Below are positions 24,111 to 30,120 of a DNA stretch of 30,120 bases, piece by piece. This DNA comes from a virus. Taxonomy: Duplodnaviria > Caudoviricetes. Both the position numbers and the translations under genes were made by a program. Below the pieces are notes generated by a model. It was given only the letters and a program-made list of their open reading frames with translations, was not told where the DNA came from and did not search any database. The stretch is taken from the IMG/VR virus record IMGVR_UViG_3300036869_000085, positions 1 through 30,120 of that record, one strand, 5' to 3'. How positions within the stretch are numbered: position 1 is the stretch's first letter; each line of letters opens with the position of its first letter.

Positions 24111-24314
24111 TCACTGGCCGAGCAGCGTCTTGCCGCCCACCGTCGGGACCGCGCCCGTGGCGCCGACCGTCGAGGTGAGCAGCGTCTTCCGGCGCCCCTT
24201 GGCCCGGAGCTCCTGGTCCCGCTGGTTCATCCGGGCCGAGCGGACCGCCGTGTCGAACGGGTCGGGCGGCGGCGGGGGCGGCGGCGGTGCGGAAGGCGCG
24301 GAGGGTCCACCCAT
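24111..24314 (-). CDS. Small Pro-rich pre-portal virion protein ending KTLLGQ, 67 aa
   Basis: MGGPSAPSAPPPPPPPP...GRRKTLLT...GKTLLGQ; GAGGAG RBS. Such KTLLG-ending proteins typically precede the portal in this phage group. Confidence 0.75.
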   Translation of the reverse strand: MGGPSAPSAPPPPPPPPDPFDTAVRSARMNQRDQELRAKGRRKTLLTSTVGATGAVPTVGGKTLLGQ

Positions 24315-24325
24315 GGTCGTGCTCC

Positions 24326-25975
24326 TCAGGCGAGGGGGTCGAAGTGCTGCACCGAGCGGGCGGAGACGCCCTCGAGCTCCTCGGGGAGGCCGAGGCCGCT
24401 CTTCGCGTGCAGGTCCGGGACGGCGAAGGTCATGGCGAGCGAGTCGCCGTGGTCCGGGGAGGGCAGGCCGCGCGCCTTCATGTCGTCCTTGCTCTCGAGC
24501 CAGAGCCGGAATTGCTTGGAGTTGCCCCGCTTCATCCCGATCTTGGGGGCGAGCAGGTCCGACTGGAGGACCGCCACGTTGGGCAGGACGAGCCGCTGCT
24601 TGATGCGCTGCGCCGCGGTGGCCCAGACGTAGGTGCGGAGGTTGCCGTAGCGGGCGTCCGGCGACTCCTGGCCGCCGCGGAACTCGAGCACCACCATGCG
24701 GCCGCGCACCAGCTTCCGGATCTGGTTGTAGACCGCGTGGCCGTAGCCGTCGCCGTCGACCACCAGGAGCTCGAGCTGGTGCTTGAGCGCGAGGATGGTG
24801 GCCTGCTGGGCGAGCTCCTCCTCGTCGAGGCCGCGCCACATTTTCGGCCGGAAGACCACGTCCCCCTGCCGGATGGTGAGCACCGAGGGGTCGCCCTGGA
24901 GAGACCAGGCCACGTCGAGCGCGCCGACCTTCGGCTCGTGGACGTACCGCGCCGGCGCGAGGTCGCGCTGGATGGCGGTGAGCAGGTGGTCCGGGCCGAG
25001 CAGCTTGTCCGACGCCACCTTCGGGAAGAGCCCGAGGATGTTCGTCATGACCCAGGGGTCGTCCCGCCCGTGGAGGGCGATGGCCTCACGCGCCTCGTGG
25101 ATGCTGATGCGGGGCGAGCGCTTCGGGTCGTCCGGGTCGCCGGTGATCGAGACGGTCAGGCCGCGCGGCGGGCTCCACTTCTTCACGTCGACGGTGCAGA
25201 TCCGCCAGAGGGGGCCGTCCTGCCGGGTCGGGTTGCCGGCCACCAGGAGCTTCGCCTCCTGCCCCTCGGTGGTGAAGATGCCCTCGGAGGCCGCGAGCAC
25301 GCCGTCAGGGTAGTCGCTCACCTCGTCGTGGACGATCATCACGTGGTCGCCGTGGAGGCCGGCCATGGTGTTCGCCTGCTGCTCGGGGTCGGAGTCGCGC
25401 GCCCAGCCTCGAGCGGAGCACCACCAGGTGGCCGGCGCGTCGCGGCAGGCGATGCGCTCGGCGGAGAAGGTGAAGGTCCGCTGGAGGTAGGGGCTCCGCG
25501 CGTACCACTTGGCGAGCTCCTTCCAGAGGCCGTCCCGGAGGTTCTCGCGGGTGATCGAGGTCACGACGATGTTGGCGTGCGGCCGGGTGCAGAGGAACCA
25601 CCAGATCACCCAGGCCAGGACACAGGACTTGCCCGGGCCCTTGCAGGCCTTCATCGCCACGCGGAGGGCGACCGAGATCGCCGAGAGCACGTCCTCCTGC
25701 CAGGCGTCGACGCCGGAGGGGCTCTCCTTCGTGGGCTTCGGGCGGAACTGGGCCAGCACGAAGGCGAGCGGGTCGTCCCACCAGGTGGCGAGCAGCTCGG
25801 CCGCCTCCTCGGGCGCTACCTGGTCGAGCACGCCCTCGGACACCAGGAGCTCGAGGTCCTCGACGGAGACCTGGTCGTCGGGGGTCGAGAGGGCGGTGGC
25901 GAGGTCGAGCGCCTCCTGGGGGTCCAGGCGGAAGGCGCCGGCCGGGCGCTGGAAGCCGGTGGCGATGGCGCTCAC
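24326..25975 (-). CDS. terL: Terminase large subunit, 549 aa
   Basis: Walker A VAMKACKGPGKS, Walker B VMIVHDEVSD, coupling motif AGNPT, nuclease motifs GALDVA, VDGDGYG, SPDHGDSLAMTF. Start placed at the GTG overlapping the upstream TGA. Confidence 0.93.
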   Translation of the reverse strand: MSAIATGFQRPAGAFRLDPQEALDLATALSTPDDQVSVEDLELLVSEGVLDQVAPEEAAELLATWWDDPLAFVLAQFRPKPTKESPSGVDAWQEDVLSAISVALRVAMKACKGPGKSCVLAWVIWWFLCTRPHANIVVTSITRENLRDGLWKELAKWYARSPYLQRTFTFSAERIACRDAPATWWCSARGWARDSDPEQQANTMAGLHGDHVMIVHDEVSDYPDGVLAASEGIFTTEGQEAKLLVAGNPTRQDGPLWRICTVDVKKWSPPRGLTVSITGDPDDPKRSPRISIHEAREAIALHGRDDPWVMTNILGLFPKVASDKLLGPDHLLTAIQRDLAPARYVHEPKVGALDVAWSLQGDPSVLTIRQGDVVFRPKMWRGLDEEELAQQATILALKHQLELLVVDGDGYGHAVYNQIRKLVRGRMVVLEFRGGQESPDARYGNLRTYVWATAAQRIKQRLVLPNVAVLQSDLLAPKIGMKRGNSKQFRLWLESKDDMKARGLPSPDHGDSLAMTFAVPDLHAKSGLGLPEELEGVSARSVQHFDPLA

Positions 25976-26265
25976 GCGCGCACCCCGCGTGCCAGGGTTG
26001 CTACGACGAGCGCCCAGTCGAGCGCCAGGACCTCGTCCCGGAAGGCGTCGGTGGGCCCGCGGTAGCAGTCGCCGCCCACCCGGAAGCAGCGCTCCGGCGC
26101 GTCGGGGTCCTCCTCGATCTGGTAGGACGCGCCCACCCAGAAGCGGCCGAGCTCCCGGAGCGCCAGGTTGAGCCCCTCGCCGACGGAGCAAGGCCGCTCG
26201 CCGGCCACCTCGGACGGCAGGGCCGACGGCGCCAGCGAAGCAGGGGCGGCCATGCTCCCGGTCAC
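25972..26265 (-). CDS. Hypothetical protein between terS and terL (97 aa from GTG 26265, or 93 aa from ATG 26253)
   Basis: GTGA overlaps at both ends fill the terS-terL gap exactly; plausible globular sequence (LRELGRFWVGASYQIEEDPDAPERCFRVGGDCY). Confidence 0.62.
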   Translation of the reverse strand: MTGSMAAPASLAPSALPSEVAGERPCSVGEGLNLALRELGRFWVGASYQIEEDPDAPERCFRVGGDCYRGPTDAFRDEVLALDWALVVATLARGVRA

Positions 26266-26966
26266 GGCCGCCCGCCTCGAGCCGACGCCGCCGGCTTCCC
26301 GCCAACCCCGGGGCCCGCGCGCCCCGCTGGATCTGCCCTGCGCCGCTCCCGGATCTTCGCGGCGAGGATGAGGAGCTGCTCGTGGGAGAACTTCCCGGTC
26401 ACCTCGAGCTTGTCCTTGAGCCGCCCGAGCACCTTGTTGGCGCCCATGATGGCCTCGACCTTCGGGGCCAGCTTCACCTCGACCGTGCCGAGCTGGACCT
26501 CGAGGACCTCGCGCTCGGTCCCGTCCGGCGCGGTGGTGTCGACCATGAGCCGGGCGGCCTCCGCCCTGGCCTCCTTGCCGACGAGGACCTTGGCGATCCG
26601 GACCTTGACGCTCTGGACCGCCCGGCGGGTGTCCTCGGGGATGGCCCGGAGCGAGGAGTAGATCCGGAAGGTGGCCGGGTCCTCCACCTCGCCGATATCG
26701 GAGTAGGCGCAGCGGGCGAGCTCCTCGTCGAGCCGCTCCGCGGCGAGCTCGAGGCGCTTCACCTGCTTGGCGAGCTTGGGCTCGAGGAAGCGCTTGATGG
26801 CCGGCTTCTGGAGGTTCTCGTGGGCCTGCTGGGCGGCGGCCTTCGGCGAGTAGCCGGCCTCCCGCGCCGCGGCCGCGCCGTCGCCACCGTTCGCGAGGAG
26901 GGCGAGGCAGAAGAGGCGCTGGCGCCGGGTGAGCCCGTCGTCGTCGACCTGCTCGCGCTTCGCCAC
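26262..26966 (-). CDS. terS: Terminase small subunit, 234 aa
   Basis: LTRRQRLFC...GAAAAREAGYS..AAAQQAHENLQKPAI is the classic TerS HTH; C-terminal VEVKLAPKVEA...LGR; strong AGGAGG RBS before the GTG at 26966. Confidence 0.92.
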   Translation of the reverse strand: MAKREQVDDDGLTRRQRLFCLALLANGGDGAAAAREAGYSPKAAAQQAHENLQKPAIKRFLEPKLAKQVKRLELAAERLDEELARCAYSDIGEVEDPATFRIYSSLRAIPEDTRRAVQSVKVRIAKVLVGKEARAEAARLMVDTTAPDGTEREVLEVQLGTVEVKLAPKVEAIMGANKVLGRLKDKLEVTGKFSHEQLLILAAKIRERRRADPAGRAGPGVGGKPAASARGGRP

Positions 26967-27146
26967 GCTGCCCCCTCCTGGTCCACCTGTCGGGTAGGTG
27001 AGGCGCCCCAGGCCGGTCCTGGGGCGCCCCGACGGGTGGAGGGCCGTCCGCTGCAAGGCCCATTGAGGGGCCGGACGGACCTTCCGTCCAGCGTGTGACG
27101 TCACATGCCATGCCACCCACGGGCGGGTGGCCGGCGGCCAGCCGGC
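26967..27146 (-). promoter_or_regulatory. Structured non-coding region upstream of terS (candidate late-gene control or packaging region)
   Basis: 180-bp intergenic region with a long two-part hairpin (26982-27040), two short hairpins and the perfect palindrome TGTGACGTCACA (27094-27105). Confidence 0.5.
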
Positions 27147-27977
27147 CTACCCTGGAGACGGGATCCCGCGCGCCGCGGCATGCAGCCGGACCAGTCCCGG
27201 CGCCTCCCGCGTGAGGACCTGATGGCAGTGGGGCGCGTCCGCGCAGAGCGGAGCGTCGCGCTCGTCCCGTGTTCTCGCGGGGTTGAGCGCATCCGGGCAG
27301 GCCACCACGCTCTGGCCCGCCGGGTCCGCGGGGCAGGGCAGGGCCTCAGGCGGCCTGAGGTCGTCAGGTTGCCCAGCCTGGAGCTGCTCGACCATCGCCT
27401 GGAGCTCCTCGAGCCGCTGCACGGTGGCGCCCGCTGATTGCGAGAGCCGGACCCTAGCCTGCTCACAGGTGGCGAGGGCCTCCGACCGGACCGCCAGGGC
27501 GGCGCCGAGGTGCTCCACGTGGCGCTCGAGCCGCTTCCGGTCGGCCAGGAGCACGGCGATCTCCCGGTCCAGGGCGTCCATCCGGGGGGCGACGAGAGCG
27601 GCGAGCCGGGTGGCGACCATGGCGGCGCCGGGGGTGAGCTCCTTGAGGGGACCGAGCAGGAGCAGCTCGAGCTCCACCGAGCGGGCCTCGGAGGGCCGGA
27701 CCGCCAGCCGGTCCAGGGTGAGCCTCACCTCGGGCGGGCCGAGCCGCTCCGGGTCGCTCGACCACGCGAAGAGGGCGTCGCCAGCCTGCATGATGGGCTC
27801 CCGCTCGGCGAAGGGGCGCCGGGCATGGCGGAGGCGGTGGGAGACGACGTAGAGGAGCCGCGCGGCGTCGCTGAGACCTCCCTCGCGCCCGCGCAGCCAG
27901 GAGCGCCGGTTCAGCGGCGCGAGGGCGAGGAAGATGAAGGTGCTACCGGCGAAAAGTCCAAGGATAAACCACCACAT
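27147..27977 (-). CDS. Hypothetical membrane-anchored coiled-coil protein, 276 aa
   Basis: GGAGG RBS before MWWFILGLFAGSTFIFLALAPL (hydrophobic helix followed by NRR); heptad-like LDREIAVLLADRKRLERHVEHL; four Cys near the C-terminus. Confidence 0.68.
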   Translation of the reverse strand: MWWFILGLFAGSTFIFLALAPLNRRSWLRGREGGLSDAARLLYVVSHRLRHARRPFAEREPIMQAGDALFAWSSDPERLGPPEVRLTLDRLAVRPSEARSVELELLLLGPLKELTPGAAMVATRLAALVAPRMDALDREIAVLLADRKRLERHVEHLGAALAVRSEALATCEQARVRLSQSAGATVQRLEELQAMVEQLQAGQPDDLRPPEALPCPADPAGQSVVACPDALNPARTRDERDAPLCADAPHCHQVLTREAPGLVRLHAAARGIPSPG

Positions 27978-28060
27978 GCGTCCCTCCGGGATCGGGCCAT
28001 GGGTAGGTCGGCGAGCGCTTGGCCCGGGGCGCGCGCCGCGAAATTGCGCCGATCGACAAT

Positions 28061-28282
28061 TCAGGGCCACCACCAGCGGTCGCCCCGCTCCAGCCAGGTC
28101 TCGACGATCTCCTGCTCGGAGGTGGGCGGGGTGCGGAAGAGCTCCGCGGCGAGCCGGGGAGGCAGGTGCAGCTCGAAGCGGCCGGCGTCGCCGGCGGCCG
28201 CGAGATCGCGCAGCGCCTCCCGCTCGCCCGGCCGCCAGGCCACGTCCAGGCTCAAGATCGCCTCGAGGGTGCCGGGCGTCAC
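28061..28282 (-). CDS. Hypothetical protein, 73 aa
   Basis: GTG overlapping the upstream TGA; (M)TPGTLEAILSLDVAWRPGERE...WLERGDRWWWP. Confidence 0.58.
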   Translation of the reverse strand: MTPGTLEAILSLDVAWRPGEREALRDLAAAGDAGRFELHLPPRLAAELFRTPPTSEQEIVETWLERGDRWWWP

Positions 28283-28884
28283 GAGTCCCACCCGTCCGCG
28301 AGGACCTTGAGCCGCTCCAGGCCACGGGTCTCGAGCTGGCGGACCCGCTCCCGGGTCACGCCGAGCAGCTCGCCCACCTCCTCGAGGGTGACGCCCCCCC
28401 GGTCCGCCACGTCCAGGGCGCAGGTTTCGGCGAGGTCCTCGAGCTCCAGGCCGGGGTGGTTGACCTGGAGGCCGCCCGCCGGCGTCACCCCGAGGTACAG
28501 GTGGAAGCGGCAGCCCACGAAGGGGCAGGGGCGGGGCGCGTCCGCGCACTGGCTCCGGCAGGTCGGCCGGGCGAGCTGCGCCCGGGCGATGGCGGAGCGC
28601 ATGCCGGGCCGCGCCCGCTCCCGGCGGGCCGCCCGGGCCACCTGCCGGAAGGTCAGGACCGCGATCTTCCGATGGCCGTAGCCGCCGCCTCGAGCCGACA
28701 CCTCGAGGAGCGGGCCGTCCGCTAGGTCGTCGAGGGCATGCCGGAGCTCGGCGGTCTGGGCCCGGTGGCGCGCCGGGTCGACCCCGGCCTGGCAGTAGCC
28801 GCAGCGGCGGTCCGGGTCCTCGTTGTCGCTCCGCAGCGTCCGGCCGCACTTCGAGCAGGTCCGCGCCCCATCCGGCGCGCTCAC
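28279..28884 (-). CDS. Cys-rich protein with C-terminal sigma70 region-4-like HTH and N-terminal CxxC..CxxC zinc ribbon, 201 aa
   Basis: TLEEVGELLGVTRERVRQLETRGLERL is a sigma70 r4.2 motif, preceded by RPTCRSQC...RPCPFVGCRFHLYL...ETCALDVA; N-terminal CSKC...CGYC. Confidence 0.85.
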   Translation of the reverse strand: MSAPDGARTCSKCGRTLRSDNEDPDRRCGYCQAGVDPARHRAQTAELRHALDDLADGPLLEVSARGGGYGHRKIAVLTFRQVARAARRERARPGMRSAIARAQLARPTCRSQCADAPRPCPFVGCRFHLYLGVTPAGGLQVNHPGLELEDLAETCALDVADRGGVTLEEVGELLGVTRERVRQLETRGLERLKVLADGWDS

Positions 28885-29717
28885 CCCTCTCCCCCTTCCG
28901 GGTCTGACACGGCCTTGGCCCGCTCGACCAGGTCCTCGAGCTGCTCCTGCGGCACCACCTCGGGCCGGCCGGGGGGCGGCGGGATGAGGATGCCCGCCCG
29001 TCCGAAGGTCGTGAGATCCATCGCGGCGGCCTCGATCGCGCGGGCCAGGACGTCCTCCGAGGGCAGGTCGGCGAGCTCGTCGATGACCACCATCGGCTCG
29101 AGCTTGGGGCGGGGTGGGTCCTGAACCACCAGGACCCGGTGCCCGTTCCGCTCGAGGACGCGCCGCGCCGCGGCGAGGGGCGGGTCCAGGAAGGGCGCGG
29201 TGGCCCGGTCCCAGGCCGCCGCCCGCGCCCGCTCGAGGTCGGCCTGGAGGCTGTCGCGCGTCGCCTGGAGGGCGAGGACCTGGTCCTGCACCTCGCCGAG
29301 CACCCCTCGGAGCTGCTCCGCCTCCCGGAGCGCCTCCGCCACCTGCGCCTCCGCCGCGGCGAGCCGGGCCCGGAGGCCGGCGTTCTCCTCGTCGAGCCGC
29401 CGCCGCTCGAGCTCCGCCTGGTGGGCGTACATGATCCCGTCCACCGCCTCCGCCAGCCAGTCGAGGTGGGCGTCCCGGCCGTTGAAGGTCTCGAGGCGCC
29501 GGCCGTAGCGCTTGACCCCGAGGTTCACGCGGGCCCGGAGGAGGGCCAGCGCCACCGCGGCCGCGCCGGGCGCGAGGACCCCCTGGCCTTCGAGCTGGGG
29601 GAGGAGCCGCTCCAGGTCGGCAAGCACGTCCTCCCGGCCGGCCCCGGGGAGCGGCTGGTCGCCCTCGTCGCGGGGCTGGCGGAGCGGGGTCACGTTGCTG
29701 GAGGTCTGGTCGTCCAC
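28881..29717 (-). CDS. Putative MazG-like (all-alpha NTP pyrophosphatase fold) domain plus coiled coil, 278 aa
   Basis: GGGAGG RBS before the GTG at 29717. RVNLGVKRYGRRLETFNGRDAHLDWLAEAVDGIMY fits the phage G..(K/R)YG..L...NGRD...E..D...Y pattern, followed by a long heptad region. Confidence 0.6.
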   Translation of the reverse strand: MDDQTSSNVTPLRQPRDEGDQPLPGAGREDVLADLERLLPQLEGQGVLAPGAAAVALALLRARVNLGVKRYGRRLETFNGRDAHLDWLAEAVDGIMYAHQAELERRRLDEENAGLRARLAAAEAQVAEALREAEQLRGVLGEVQDQVLALQATRDSLQADLERARAAAWDRATAPFLDPPLAAARRVLERNGHRVLVVQDPPRPKLEPMVVIDELADLPSEDVLARAIEAAAMDLTTFGRAGILIPPPPGRPEVVPQEQLEDLVERAKAVSDPEGGEG

Positions 29718-29727
29718 GATGGCCTCC

Positions 29728-29976
29728 CTACGAGAGCAGGACAATCCCGCCCTGGTGGTTGGCGAACTCGCGCAGGATTGCCTGGAGCTCCTGCTTCGAC
29801 CTCGCGGTTTGGGCGTTGGAGGCGAACGCCACCGGCGTCTCCTTGCCGCGGCCGTCGAAGTAGAACAGGACCGCGAAGCCCACCCCTTCGGGGCACGAGG
29901 CCTTGATCTGCTCGGCGATGTTCCTCGCCTGCCAGGACAGCTCCTCCTCGGTGACGCGCCGCTTCTCACCAGCCAT
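29728..29976 (-). CDS. Hypothetical protein, 82 aa
   Basis: AAGGGAG RBS before MAGEKRRVTEEEL...GVGFAVLFYFDG...VAFASNAQ. Confidence 0.68.
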   Translation of the reverse strand: MAGEKRRVTEEELSWQARNIAEQIKASCPEGVGFAVLFYFDGRGKETPVAFASNAQTARSKQELQAILREFANHQGGIVLLS

Positions 29977-30120
29977 GTGTCGCTCCCTTCGTTGATCGGA
30001 TCCGTCGTGAGCATCGAGCAGAAGAAGCAGGCTTCCCATGGGTGATCGTATCAGTAGGGATCTGCTCTTCCGGTGTGGATTACTTTTGCCTACCTCACTC
30101 AAGCGCAGGGCTTTGCTACT

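Larger units (their letters stand above)
1..30120 (-). mobile_element. Podovirus-like phage/prophage late region (packaging, head, tail, ejection proteins), BPP-1/T7-like gene order; probable Myxococcota host
   Basis: Co-oriented, tightly packed minus-strand genes, many with ATGA/GTGA/TGATG overlaps. Recognisable TerS, TerL, portal, capsid, cement, tail tube, ejection and tailspike proteins in canonical order. Host is inferred from very high GC and the myxobacterial-type sigma-r4 protein. Confidence 0.93.

Noticed and set aside
25976-26305. ORF-track N-terminal extension of TerL (likewise for TerS, the gp14-like protein, cement and others)
   Set aside because: Extensions overlap neighbouring genes; better starts with an RBS or stop/start overlap exist downstream.
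28030-28062. Possible sigma54 promoter (GGCGCAATTTCGC on the minus strand)
   Set aside because: GG-to-GC spacing is 9 nt instead of the required 10.
29063-29095. MVVIDELADL, resembling the FtsK-type Walker B motif
   Set aside because: No Walker A or ATPase context in this protein; probably coincidence or a vestige.
1-30120. Very frequent CTCGAG and GAGCTC hexamers
   Set aside because: Explained by preferred CTC (Leu) and GAG (Glu) codons in helical proteins; not a repeat array.
1-30120. tRNA, rRNA, CRISPR array, integrase/att site, lysis cassette
   Set aside because: None recognised; the window is almost entirely coding, and the few intergenic gaps do not show these patterns.

Overview
The whole window is one very GC-rich, minus-strand block of a short-tailed dsDNA phage or prophage. 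Its gene order follows the Bordetella BPP-1-like / T7-like podovirus pattern. From right to left: small early/middle genes (a MazG-like protein and a Cys-rich sigma70-region-4 HTH protein of a type I associate with myxobacteria), TerS, TerL, a KTLLG small protein, portal, Bbp19-like protein, scaffold, major capsid, cement, tail tube A and B, a GNAT-like protein, three ejection proteins, and a tailspike that runs off the left edge and is missing from the ORF track. No integrase, lysis or replication genes are visible, so prophage versus free phage cannot be decided. Two things stand out. (1) The 3304-aa ejection protein carries an inserted cassette: a divergent GGDEF nucleotide-cyclase domain, a P1 DdrB-like ParB module and a possible ADP-ribosyltransferase-like module, next to a HExxH zincin, with [L/R]FQ motifs at three module borders. 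(2) The tailspike starts with a textbook Sec signal peptide placed in front of its virion-anchor domain and has 8 cysteines, which suggests an exported, possibly disulfide-bonded tailspike. All family assignments come from motif recognition and gene order, not from database searches.
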